A DNA stretch of 64,000 nucleotides from a virus: the IMG/VR virus record IMGVR_UViG_3300023181_000002, positions 1 through 64,000 of that record. The stretch is one strand, 5' to 3'. Below are positions 1 through 9,414 of this stretch, one piece after another. A program made the translations under genes and the position numbers. How positions within the stretch are numbered: the stretch's first letter is position 1; every line of letters starts with the position of its first letter. The notes below the pieces were generated by a model, which made no database searches, was not told the origin of the DNA, and was given only the letters and a program-made list of their open reading frames with translations.

Positions 1-44
1 TTTCTCTTATTTCCTTTGCTCTTTTTGCTGTCATGTAATTAACA

Positions 45-461
45 CTATTTAATATCTTTCTTAAAATCATACATAGTCTGGTCAACTTGTATGTATTTTC
101 CGTCAACCGCATTTAACCTGTCTATCTCAGCAGCTATTAAAGCACCCGCTTTTATTAAATTTTTAACATGATCTTCCGATGGCTTGAAGTTACTTTCCTT
201 CCAAGGCCAATACTTAGCGGCAACATCTTTTTCCTGTGCATACACATAAGCAAGTGCCGCATTTATTAGAGTTGATCCATTATGCTTAATGTCATCAACC
301 AAAGAGTATCTTTTAACCTGTATTTGTCTGGCGCGTTCTTTTAAAATAAGTTTAGCTCCTGAATCTGTAATGCTAATTAGTTCAACTTTCTTTTTCATGA
401 TCATACAAGGTTTATTTTTTAAAATTCTTTTTCTTTCTCGCTCCGCTATCAATCGTAACAT
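45..461 (-). CDS. Conserved phage protein (ER..Q...AGALIAAEIDR family); start probably nearer 400
   Basis: ERARQ..K.Y...D...G.L..AA..Y...WPW...FKP...L.KAGALIAAEIDR; paralog of 4750..5037. Confidence 0.7.
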   Translation of the reverse strand: MLRLIAERERKRILKNKPCMIMKKKVELISITDSGAKLILKERARQIQVKRYSLVDDIKHNGSTLINAALAYVYAQEKDVAAKYWPWKESNFKPSEDHVKNLIKAGALIAAEIDRLNAVDGKYIQVDQTMYDFKKDIK

Positions 462-942
462 CTAAATTATCAGGATACTTCGCCACGCGGCTTCCTCGAA
501 AGAAGTATTGAGGATTAATGAAGTAAACATCCTTTACGATCGTATAGGAAATAATACCCATCGAGATAAGATCCATAACAGCGCCTTTCAATGTATTCAA
601 TGATACATTATTTTCTTTCATGAACCTGTTACGGTTTAGCCACATATTATCCTCTCCGGAAGCTATTTCATAAACAAACCACAAGTATAACTCCTTAGCC
701 CTGGAAGACATGCTATAAAGTTTATCCTTGCAAACAACAGAAGCATACAGCTTACTAAAAGGGGTATCTTCTAAATCCATCTCGTCATTAATAAGAACGT
801 CCTCGTCACGTTTATACCTATCTGTTAGCGTTACTCTGTTAATAGGAATGATCAATTTATCTATATGAGGATTAACTCCAATATCTGTTTCTGTATATTT
901 TGGTTTTAAAAGGCGTTTCATATCAAAATCATATTTTGACAA
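412..942 (-). CDS. RepL-like winged-helix DNA-binding/replication protein
   Basis: HTH region (VSLNTLKGAVMDLI) followed by YFINPQYFFRG, the RepL-type C-terminal motif. Confidence 0.65.
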   Translation of the reverse strand: MSKYDFDMKRLLKPKYTETDIGVNPHIDKLIIPINRVTLTDRYKRDEDVLINDEMDLEDTPFSKLYASVVCKDKLYSMSSRAKELYLWFVYEIASGEDNMWLNRNRFMKENNVSLNTLKGAVMDLISMGIISYTIVKDVYFINPQYFFRGSRVAKYPDNLDVTIDSGARKKKNFKK

Positions 943-1031
943 AGTTAAGCTAAAACTGTCAACAAACCTACAAAATGACCAAATTTTGACAGTGTCATTT
1001 TTTGATTTTCAAAATCAGATTTTGACAGTTT
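934..1031. repeat. TTTTGACA(G) direct/inverted repeats (iteron/operator-like)
   Basis: TTTTGACA at 934, 984 and 1020; 10-bp inverted pair aaactgtcaa 953-962 / ttgacagttt 1022-1031. Confidence 0.7.
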
Positions 1032-1437
1032 ATAAATATCTGTATATAAGTATTTTAAGTGGTTACATAGCGGTTACTTTATCAAAACTCGATTTGCTAT
1101 ACTATTATAACAAATCGAACTATTCGAGTTTTCCCTATTTTGAGGAAAATCCTGTTATATAGAAAACATGTCTAGGTATATGTAGTAGCTACCCCCATAT
1201 AAGACCCCTATTAGAAAACAACCCCTCCCCAATTACAACTTTTTCCAGCAGAATTTTAACTAGGTGTCATTTCTTTCATGTAAGACACTTTTAATAGTTT
1301 AAACTTACAATAGTACCATTTTAAAGAGAAAGCCTGTTAGGAGTTAAATTTGACATCAACCAACGCGTGTAAGCTATCCTGTAAGGAGTTAACTTGAAAT
1401 AGTAATGAAATATCCTAAGGATTGAATCGAAAAAGGT

Positions 1438-1496
1438 TAGTATATATATATACTACGCCCACAATACGGCAACATGCGTAAAGTATATATACTTTA
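1438..1496. repeat. Two perfect 18-bp AT-rich palindromes
   Basis: tagtatatatatatacta (1438-1455) and taaagtatatatacttta (1479-1496). Confidence 0.85.
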
Positions 1497-1499
1497 ACG

Positions 1500-2000
1500 G
1501 GGTTGCTCCGAAAAAGAAAACTTTGAAAGAGGTGCGCTTGAAAAGAATATTCCGAAAGAAGTAGCACGCGAAAGAGGTGAACCCCGAAAAGGGGAAATAA
1601 ACTTATATATTGAGAACGCTGAACTGTGTGTTAAAAAACCGCGTCCCTGGAAGAATTTTTCCTAGCCCGGCACCTTCTTCAAAATCAACCCCCAAAGGAA
1701 TCTATTACCCTTTCGAAGTTCACCTTTCCAGAGCAACAACCTTTCAAATCACACACCCAAAAGCTATAAACACCCAAAGAAATCCTTCAAAAGATCAACC
1801 CTTTGAAGGGATCAACCCTCAAAAGGGTCTTTTTTAGGGGATTACGTTTGGATGTACCAATTTGACAGAAATATTCGTCAAGGCGTTTAACCCTTGAAGA
1901 GGATAACTATGAAGGGTTAACCTTTTCAGAGGTTTTCTTTGAGAGGAAACCCCAAAAAGAAAACCCTTCCAACGGTGAACGATGAAAGGGTACATGCTGC
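1500..2000. repeat. Degenerate ~15-16 bp periodic array, consensus ~AACCCTTnnAAGGGTT
   Basis: GAAA cores at 1510, 1525, 1540, 1554, 1570, 1586; units such as aaccctttgaaggg, aaccctcaaaaggg, aacccttgaagagg, aaccttttcagaggtt; similar units recur at 2380-2790. Confidence 0.7.
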
Positions 2001-2019
2001 AAGATTAAATCTGACAAAG

Positions 2020-2487
2020 TTAATCCTCGTCAAGTTCAATTAAAGGAAGTGTACTAGGATCGAAATACCTTGTACGGTCTCCCGTCCAAGCGAATAAGGG
2101 GTTGATGTAGTACGTTGTAAGGTGTCCAACCTGACGAAGGATCATCTTTTCTCGTTCAAGCTCTTGCAAAGCGACATTGGCTTTTTTACTCTTTTTAAAA
2201 TCTCCAATCTCATCACGGAAATAACTTGCATAGCATTTGACAGGAACATCATTAGAGATCATACGCTTTAAAAGTGCCATATAAACCCTCATCGCAACAG
2301 GAGTAATACAAAGACTCATCTCAAAGAGCAAAGTCCTTTCAAAATGAATATTTGAAGGCATTAAATCGATCAGAGAACCCTTAGAGGTTATCCCTATGAA
2401 GGGTTTATCGAAAGAATCGCGCTTTAAAAGGTTGTAATCATAACCTTTCTCCCCTAAAATGGGTTGCTTTAATGAGAATTGACTCAT
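2020..2487 (-). CDS. Second RepL-like winged-helix protein
   Basis: ALQELER..MILR....YYINPLFAWTGDR motif, same family as 412..942. Confidence 0.6.
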   Translation of the reverse strand: MSQFSLKQPILGEKGYDYNLLKRDSFDKPFIGITSKGSLIDLMPSNIHFERTLLFEMSLCITPVAMRVYMALLKRMISNDVPVKCYASYFRDEIGDFKKSKKANVALQELEREKMILRQVGHLTTYYINPLFAWTGDRTRYFDPSTLPLIELDED

Positions 2488-2830
2488 ATTTGTGACATTT
2501 TATATATTTTGTGTGCTAAAAGACTACCTACCCTTAGCCAATGTTTCTTATATAACACAAATCTATGACAATTAACCCTTTAATGTTACACTTAGGGTAT
2601 GGGTTAACCTTTTCGGGGTTTATTTTTTAGAGTAATTCTTGTTTATGTGTTAACCTTTTCAGGTATACTTTGGGTATGGTCTTTACTCTTTCACGTTTCA
2701 CCTTCTCAATAGCACTAATCAACGCTCAATCCTTTCAAAGTGCCACTTTGTCGGGGTTAATACTCTTTTTAGTGGTACTAATCAAAGATACACCGGTTTT
2801 GAATGTACCTCAATTATTAATACACTTTCT

Positions 2831-2899
2831 AAATAAGTAAATAAATGAATATTATTTTACATAAAGTATTGCGTATTAATTATATTCTTTATACCTTTA
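2831..2899 (+). promoter_or_regulatory. Early promoter copy 1 (Bacteroidota sigma type)
   Basis: TTG 2869-2871, 20-nt spacer, TACCTTTA 2892-2899; 2831-2882 matches 6403-6454 at 49/52 nt. Confidence 0.75.
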
Positions 2900-2936
2900 A
2901 CCTATCAATCAGAAACAGTTAAACAAACTTACTCAA

Positions 2937-3170
2937 ATGGAAGCTAGATTTAAAATAGGCACTCAATTTACACCTGTCGGAAACAAAAGAAAAGATGTGT
3001 ACACTGTAACAGATATCCTTACTACAAGGAAAAGTAATGGAGATGTATTTAGAATTGAGTATGCTTGTACTCATCTGTTTTGTGGACAACCTGTTTCAAG
3101 TATTGAAATAGGTACGACTATTGCTAGAGGGTTGCTTGACAAATCAATATTAGCTGAACTTATTAAATAA
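2937..3170 (+). CDS. Hypothetical early phage protein
   Basis: First ORF after the promoter, preceded by the AAACAAACTTACTC leader. Confidence 0.75.
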   Translation: MEARFKIGTQFTPVGNKRKDVYTVTDILTTRKSNGDVFRIEYACTHLFCGQPVSSIEIGTTIARGLLDKSILAELIK

Positions 3171-3200
3171 CAAACCAAACCTTTCAAAACAAACTTACTC

Positions 3201-3647
3201 ATGAACTACGCGATCAGAAACAAATCGAACGGGCTTTACCTTGGCACGACACAAACACAGGAAGGTTATTATCAATCGTGGAACCTTCAGGGTGATGCCG
3301 TGATCAGTTTTAACACTGAACACGATGCGTCTACATTCAGTAACTTCCAAGGGTATGACATGTTATCGGGTGTTCCCTTTGAGATAGTGCCTTTCCCGGT
3401 TGCTTCTTCAAAGTTAAACATTGTGCGTAATATTTCAATAAGCGGTGTATTTGTGTTGCTACTTTTGTCGGGTTTCGCTGAAAAGAATTACACCAATGCG
3501 TTAAACGCTTCAGCGTTATCTTTTGGCAGTGACAGCGATATAATAGACACGATGAAGGTGTATGGCTTTGAAGGGGTTGATCCTTTATCGGATGTTGAAC
3601 CGACCATGTACGATAAAGTAGTAGCTTTGTTTGGTTCTAAATTTTAA
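3201..3647 (+). CDS. Hypothetical early phage protein
   Basis: Leader AAACAAACTTACTC directly before the ATG. Confidence 0.75.
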   Translation: MNYAIRNKSNGLYLGTTQTQEGYYQSWNLQGDAVISFNTEHDASTFSNFQGYDMLSGVPFEIVPFPVASSKLNIVRNISISGVFVLLLLSGFAEKNYTNALNASALSFGSDSDIIDTMKVYGFEGVDPLSDVEPTMYDKVVALFGSKF

Positions 3648-3958
3648 ACGATAATAATTATGGTTGATCTATTATTCACTGACTTATTAACAGGAGAGAT
3701 ATTTGAAATAAGGTGCTATGTAGGAGAAAAGCATATTATTGAAAACTTAAATACTCACCTTAAAGAATGGTGTGAAGGAAGAACTTTTAAAAAAGAAGAG
3801 ATTTATTAATCATGATAACGATCCTTTTAACAGTAGCATCCATTACAGGTTTCCTCCTCTGGGTGCGCTATGAATATAACAACGCCATTGAGATGGATGC
3901 TTTCGGGGAGTTTGTGACGCGTAAAGAAATTGATAGTGATCAAACCTTTAAAAGATAA

Positions 3959-4159
3959 ATGATTATGAAACTTTATAAATTTATTGAACTGTCAGAAGAG
4001 GCACAACAGCACGCATTAGAATTGTTCAGAGCGCAAGATTGGAGTGATTCTACTGCTACAGATGAAGAGATAAGAGATGACTTATCTTATGATAATGATG
4101 ATATGTACACAGAAAGAGGGGTATTTATCCCAGAGCCATTTAAACAAAATTACCTATGA
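3959..4159 (+). CDS. Hypothetical acidic phage protein
   Basis: LYKF.ELSEEAQ..A N-terminus typical of small early phage proteins; 4-bp overlap with next ORF. Confidence 0.65.
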   Translation: MIMKLYKFIELSEEAQQHALELFRAQDWSDSTATDEEIRDDLSYDNDDMYTERGVFIPEPFKQNYL

Positions 4160-4389
4160 GCAACCTTCAACAAATATTAACCCTTCACGGGAAAACCTTT
4201 ACCATGTTAACCCCTTGCACCGCGCGCGTGAACGGGAACGCGGTTGTGGTTGGTTTGGGCGCGTGGCTTGATCAGGTGGTTTCTCTGGATGATTCTGGAC
4301 GCTGTGAGGTGCGCACGTTTGAAGAGGGTAGCGATGTTGAGGTAGACTTTGAGGAGTATGATTCTTTGACGGATTGGTTGGGATATTAA
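4156..4389 (+). CDS. Hypothetical protein
   Basis: ATGA-coupled to upstream ORF. Confidence 0.6.
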   Translation: MSNLQQILTLHGKTFTMLTPCTARVNGNAVVVGLGAWLDQVVSLDDSGRCEVRTFEEGSDVEVDFEEYDSLTDWLGY

Positions 4390-4401
4390 TATTAAATAAA
4401 C

Positions 4402-4437
4402 ATTTGTCCAGTTTATTTCAAAATTTACTGGACAAAT
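4402..4437. terminator. Intergenic inverted repeat/hairpin
   Basis: atttgtccagt / actggacaaat, 11-bp perfect arms, 14-nt loop. Confidence 0.5.
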
Positions 4438-4451
4438 AAAACCTTAAAAAG

Positions 4452-4733
4452 ATGCAAGATTTAAAATTTACTACACATATGGGCGAAACCGTAACAGGGG
4501 ACCGGCTCAACAGTGCCATTAATCAGGTGGCTGATGATATGGTTCGCATGTATAAAGGCATTAGAAATGGATATTACGCGCCCCACGTAACAGAGGCGCA
4601 GAAAGATTACATTCTTTTAAAAGATCTTCTTTATGTGGATCAAATTAGAGCCGGAGAAGGTTTGAATAACTTCACAATTTGGCAGCGTATCAATAATGTT
4701 TTAACTGGGGAATGCGTAGCGTTATTATCTTAA
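4452..4733 (+). CDS. Hypothetical phage protein
   Basis: ORF in a dense + strand run. Confidence 0.65.
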   Translation: MQDLKFTTHMGETVTGDRLNSAINQVADDMVRMYKGIRNGYYAPHVTEAQKDYILLKDLLYVDQIRAGEGLNNFTIWQRINNVLTGECVALLS

Positions 4734-4749
4734 AATAAATTAAAAAAAA

Positions 4750-5037
4750 ATGAAAACAGGAATTGAACTAATATCTGAAGAAAGAAAAGAGCAAATAAAT
4801 AAACATGGATTCAACTCTTTACATGACACCTTAAATTCATGCGGAGAATTGGGGCAAGCAGCTATTTATTGCTTAACAGGCAAAGAAGAAGATTATCCAG
4901 AAGGTTGGTCTTTGGAGTATCAGTATAAAATAGATAGAGCAAATCTAAAGAAAAGACTTACGGTTGCGGGTGCATTAATTGCAGCAGAGATTGATAGAAT
5001 AAATAATATAGAAATTTCACAAATACCAACCCTATGA
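4750..5037 (+). CDS. Conserved phage protein (AGALIAAEIDR family)
   Basis: GIELISEERKEQI.KHG...GELGQAA...AGALIAAEIDR; paralog of 45..461. Confidence 0.8.
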   Translation: MKTGIELISEERKEQINKHGFNSLHDTLNSCGELGQAAIYCLTGKEEDYPEGWSLEYQYKIDRANLKKRLTVAGALIAAEIDRINNIEISQIPTL

Positions 5038-5555
5038 AACAACAATTTTTGAGTCTCATCTTAGTAGCGGTCGGCTTTATCGGGATGACCGTATACGATT
5101 ACTTTACAGACAAACACTTTCCAAAACCCATTAAGAGCATCTTCGAAGCAGGCGACGGTTTGCATGTGCTGTACAAAGATAATAACACCGTCGAAGATAT
5201 TCTCATAGAACTATTAGACGAACAGGATACGTATTCTATCGATATCAACGGCAAAGTGTACACTATAAAGATGTTTCGTCATTGCACTATTGGCACATGT
5301 GATGTTGTAGACATTGCCGTTGACGGAGATCTTTTTGAAGTGAGTAGTTTTATCCGGTAAATAATCAATCATGGAAAATCAAATAAAAGAATTTGCTATC
5401 GATGTCGTGGAAGACTGCATACTGGCAGCGTTTAAAAAAGTTCATGACAAATTTAATGTCAAAAGAGGCGACAGTACAGAACTGCAGGAAGAAGAAGTGG
5501 AAAGAATTCATCTTGCCTTGGTTGATTTAATCACAGCGCATACTTTACAAAACTT

Positions 5556-6164
5556 ATGAAAATATTAATAGCGTGCGAAGAAAGTCAAGCCGTTTGTAAA
5601 GCTTTCAGAGAAAAAGGTCATGAAGCGTATAGTTGTGATATACTACCCTGTTCGGGCGGACATCCTGAATGGCATATTCAAAAGGATGTATTTGAAGTAA
5701 TTGCCTCTGAAAAGTGGGATATGATGATTGCATTCCCACCATGCACATTTTTAACAGTGACAGCCAACAGGGTATTTTTAAACAACCCTAAACGTTGGCA
5801 ATCCCGTTTGGATGCTGTAAATTTCGTGTATAAGCTTATGAATTGCGGTATTGAAAGAATATGTATCGAAAACCCTAAAGGCGTTCTTTCTTCGCATATC
5901 CGCAAACCGGACCAGTACATACAGCCTTATGAACACGGACACGCAGAGAGTAAAATGACAGGCTTGTGGCTTAAGAATTTACCTTTAATTGTGCCTACTG
6001 AAATAGTAAAACCTGTTTGGGTAATTGCTAAAACGAGCGGCAAAAGACATTCACCTACCCACTTTCACAATCCTTCAACGGGGAACCCTGAAAATGCAAA
6101 ACTAAGATCTAAAACCTATGAAGGCATTGCAAAAGCATTCGCGAATCAATGGTCAAACTTATAA
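5556..6164 (+). CDS. DNA cytosine-C5 methyltransferase-like protein (short phage type)
   Basis: MKILIACEES, YSCD, FPPCT catalytic motif IV, IENP motif VI, K.T.LW, RSKTY.GIA.A.A.QW. Confidence 0.75.
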   Translation: MKILIACEESQAVCKAFREKGHEAYSCDILPCSGGHPEWHIQKDVFEVIASEKWDMMIAFPPCTFLTVTANRVFLNNPKRWQSRLDAVNFVYKLMNCGIERICIENPKGVLSSHIRKPDQYIQPYEHGHAESKMTGLWLKNLPLIVPTEIVKPVWVIAKTSGKRHSPTHFHNPSTGNPENAKLRSKTYEGIAKAFANQWSNL

Positions 6165-6176
6165 AGTCAATAACTT

Positions 6177-6404
6177 ATGAATAACCCACAAAAACCCAAA
6201 CTAGGCAGACCTTTCGGAATTCTCAAAGGAACTGCCAAAGGAAAGATGACCGTATCAATCGATTTAACCATCATAGAGGCATTCCAGAAGATTAACGAGG
6301 AACTACAAGCTGAAGGGGGAAAACTTAGCCCTAGTGCCCTTGTAAACAACTATTTCAAAAGTTACCTGCTAAAAGAATACCCTTCTTATTTGGAATCGGA
6401 ATAA
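6177..6404 (+). CDS. Putative ribbon-helix-helix DNA-binding protein
   Basis: LGRP hook, beta strand MTVSID, helix, then S.SALVN helix. Confidence 0.45.
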   Translation: MNNPQKPKLGRPFGILKGTAKGKMTVSIDLTIIEAFQKINEELQAEGGKLSPSALVNNYFKSYLLKEYPSYLESE

Positions 6405-6471
6405 ATAAGTAAATTTGTGAATATTATTTTACATAAAGTATTGCGTATTAATTAAATTATTCCGACCTTTG
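6403..6471 (+). promoter_or_regulatory. Early promoter copy 2
   Basis: TTG 6441-6443, 20-nt spacer, GACCTTTG 6464-6471; near-identical to 2831-2882. Confidence 0.75.
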
Positions 6472-6511
6472 AAATACCAATAACGGCAAACAAATTTAAA
6501 TACTTACTCAC

Positions 6512-7069
6512 ATGAAAACTACATATTATCACGGAACCAGTGCAGATAACTTACCTTACATCCTTAAACACGGTTTATCTGTAAGCGAAAGTAAATTATG
6601 GAACTGCTCCTTAGATGCCGTTTACCTTTGGGAATCTGAAGCCTTGGCAGCGGTTAACGGTATGGAAGATGAGGATGAAGAGTATAAGTTGCAAATGGCT
6701 TTCAATAGCGCATCCGAATCAGGACAAATAGCCTGCGCAACATCCAAAGATTGCCGTATAGTTGTATTTAAAATAGAACTTGATAGCGAAGAGGTAGGCG
6801 TAGATAATAGCTGTGAAAACATGGATCACGCACGTTGTATTCACAGGGATATTAATGTAAGTGAAATTGTAGAATATTCAATTTCTAATGATCTTTCCTT
6901 GATTAAGGGTTATTTTATCAATAATCTGTGTAATAATGACTATTGCGGTATTGATTTCGATTCTATGGAATTAAAAGTGGCTGAATTATTTTCTAAGTCT
7001 GAAATTTACCCTGAAGATATAGAAGAGATGATTACTTGGGAGACAGTTTCAATATCTGAATTAGTTTAA
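6512..7069 (+). CDS. Putative ADP-ribosyltransferase-fold (H-Y class / Tpt1-like) protein
   Basis: YYHGTS..NL..IL.HGL strand 1, AVYLW strand 2, IVVFKIEL strand. Confidence 0.5.
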   Translation: MKTTYYHGTSADNLPYILKHGLSVSESKLWNCSLDAVYLWESEALAAVNGMEDEDEEYKLQMAFNSASESGQIACATSKDCRIVVFKIELDSEEVGVDNSCENMDHARCIHRDINVSEIVEYSISNDLSLIKGYFINNLCNNDYCGIDFDSMELKVAELFSKSEIYPEDIEEMITWETVSISELV

Positions 7070-7338
7070 ATTGTTCAATTAATATTATTTATGGAGAAGA
7101 TAGCAAAACAACTGATCGAAACAAGCAAAGTTCATTATACCTCTATTCCTTACGATACGAAAATAAACTTTGAGGACAAAAAACAAGCGTTCAAACTTGG
7201 TGCTCACGACTTCTATAACAATACATCTTTCAAGGTAAAACCCGATGAAGAAACTCTTTCTAAATTTGCCTCACTTCTTGAACCTTACTACGGCAGGTTG
7301 ACAAAATATCAGATGTGGTTCGAGCCGGTTATTAATAT

Positions 7339-7632
7339 GTGGAGAGTAGTAATTGGAAATTGAAATTTATGATACTCATGAAACAAAAAGAACCCAACAA
7401 AGCACTAACCCGTCTGTATGCCATGATACAAGAGCTGTTAAGGCATCCACACTTTGACAGGGAGGAATTCTACAAGTGGATTGATACCGTGGCTAAGGTG
7501 GAGTTTCAAAGCATATACTTTAGCAGCGTAGCCTTTGAGAAGTTAACCAAAGAAAATCTATCCATTGCCAAGGAACTTAATGGAAGGTATAAATTTATCA
7601 ATACTGAACTTGTAAAAGAGATTGTATTATGA
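7339..7632 (+). CDS. Hypothetical protein, paralog of 7811..8074 (start likely 7378)
   Basis: RLYAMI...F..WI.T.A..EF..IY..S....K.TK..L..A.ELN.RY.FI shared. Confidence 0.75.
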   Translation: MESSNWKLKFMILMKQKEPNKALTRLYAMIQELLRHPHFDREEFYKWIDTVAKVEFQSIYFSSVAFEKLTKENLSIAKELNGRYKFINTELVKEIVL

Positions 7633-7810
7633 GCACTGAGAAAATAGTAAGCGCGGCAACTATGGAAAGATTACAAGTACTTATCAATAGGTACTTCTAT
7701 TCAGATTACTTTGTGATTGATAACGAACAGGCAGTTAACACGAAGACCGGACAAAAGATCGGTCAGGTAACACACAAAAAGAGCCGTTATACTTTTTACT
7801 GCTAATAGCC

Positions 7811-8074
7811 ATGCAAAGCCGAAACCCAAACCAGTTAATCAAAAGGCTTTATGCCATGATTGAACAGGTTAGAGAAGATCAGCACGTAGAATACGAAGAT
7901 TTCATAATCTGGATCGGAACGACTGCTGAACAGGAATTTAAACGGATATATTACAATAGTGACCGTTTACAGAAGTTCACTAAAAAGAGTCTTCTTTTAG
8001 CGATCGAGTTAAACAACCGATACCGATTCATTCAACCCGAAATGTTCGGTGCAGAACTTCAATTTAAAAAATAG
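7811..8074 (+). CDS. Hypothetical protein, paralog of 7339..7632
   Basis: Same shared motif pattern. Confidence 0.75.
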   Translation: MQSRNPNQLIKRLYAMIEQVREDQHVEYEDFIIWIGTTAEQEFKRIYYNSDRLQKFTKKSLLLAIELNNRYRFIQPEMFGAELQFKK

Positions 8075-8740
8075 CAATCATCATGAACCATCTAGCAAAC
8101 ACCATCCTTCAAAACGACGATCTTTTAGAGGAAATCGTTTTAAAATCCAAAGACAAAGATGATGAGTTTTTATACGCCTATGAGGACTTTAGTAGCGTTA
8201 AAATTAAGCGCAGGTCAATTAAATATCCTCCGGGCATGGATTTGATTAACCTAGGTTCAAAGTGCCTTAAAAAGGATGAATTAATACGCTTACTCTCTAA
8301 ACTTTAAGGCTATGAACGAAGAACAAATTAGAATCGATCAGAACAATGTCATGCTGGCACGGCTTTGCATGTTGAAATATAAGTCAATCGAAATAGCTAA
8401 GTCTGACAGCGTTTTCTTAAAACAGATCACCTATGTAGATTACGGGCAAATAACCGCTTTAATCGGGCACTTTGAAAGCGAGAAAACAAGGCATTACAAC
8501 TCTAAAGGATTTCGCCTAAGAACAAGTTCCACACAAAACCACCAGGCGTTTCCTCTTTCGCGCTTCACCCCGTAAAAGATACAACCTGAAATAATTCTAA
8601 CCCTTCAAAGGAATTACCCTGACAGAGGGCATTTTTTAAAAGCTCTGTGACGGTTTTGGATTGAATTTGATAGAATACACATCTTTTGAAAGTTAACGCG
8701 TCAGAAGTGATTTTTTAAAAACCTTAAAACAAACTTACTC

Positions 8741-9085
8741 ATGATAGCTAAATCTCCTGAAGAAAAACAAGCTTTGAAACTGGCAAAGCAAAAACATAAC
8801 GCTGCGGTAAAGGAATACGAAGCAAAGAAAATTCAACCCAAAGAATCCCCTAAGTTTACATTTCAGAAAGATGGGATTCTTCAATGTGAACATTTACTGC
8901 CGGATGATTACCCTGTTCACGCTGATTTCCTTTACGTGATCGATGATGAAGGTGGTAAAGTGATCAGATCCGATGTTTTTGGCACGGTAAAGAAGCTTAA
9001 ACAAGATTTAAGGAACTTCTATAAATACAAAGCTTTGAATGTTTACAGTTGCGATTATTACGCAAGAAGAAAACCAATAGAATAA
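8741..9085 (+). CDS. Hypothetical early protein
   Basis: AAACAAACTTACTC leader immediately upstream. Confidence 0.75.
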   Translation: MIAKSPEEKQALKLAKQKHNAAVKEYEAKKIQPKESPKFTFQKDGILQCEHLLPDDYPVHADFLYVIDDEGGKVIRSDVFGTVKKLKQDLRNFYKYKALNVYSCDYYARRKPIE

Positions 9086-9099
9086 TCCGCTTCAAGTTT

Positions 9100-9402
9100 C
9101 AACTGTTCGAAAATCCTGAACAGTTGCCAATTTTTCCCCGTTCTTTCTCATACTGAATTTCCCTGGTATCTGTAAGTCGCGCGAACCGTGCCGCTGCTCA
9201 GGGATGGTCAAATAATATATTTCTGCTTCTTTTGGGCACTGCTCAATATATTTGGAAGGTATAAAACTTCCGCGCTCTCTAAGGGCGTTTTAGTGACTGT
9301 AAACACTAATAATATCACCCGGTATAAAACGGATGGGAAAGTAGAATTCTGCCTGTGATCTAGCGTAAAGATCGGGAGCTGAGCACGCATGCTTGGGCAG
9401 GC
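9100..9402 (+). ncRNA. Putative structured non-coding RNA
   Basis: GC-richer intergenic gap with at least 9 nested stems, e.g. ggaag/cttcc, ttagtg/cactaa, gcctg/caggc enclosing tgatct/agatcg and ctgagca/tgcttgg; loop GGTATAAAAC twice. Confidence 0.5.
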
Positions 9403-9414
9403 GCTAAACTTTAA

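Noticed and set aside
1610-1837. 75-aa ORF
   Set aside because: TTG start, and the P/K/F-rich composition is a by-product of the repeat array; likely spurious.
1500-2000. CRISPR array
   Set aside because: Units are ~15 bp, degenerate and contiguous, with no unique spacers and no cas genes.
8576-8720. Possible structured element (tctgtgacg...cgtcaga)
   Set aside because: Pairing is short and interrupted; not distinguishable from chance by eye.
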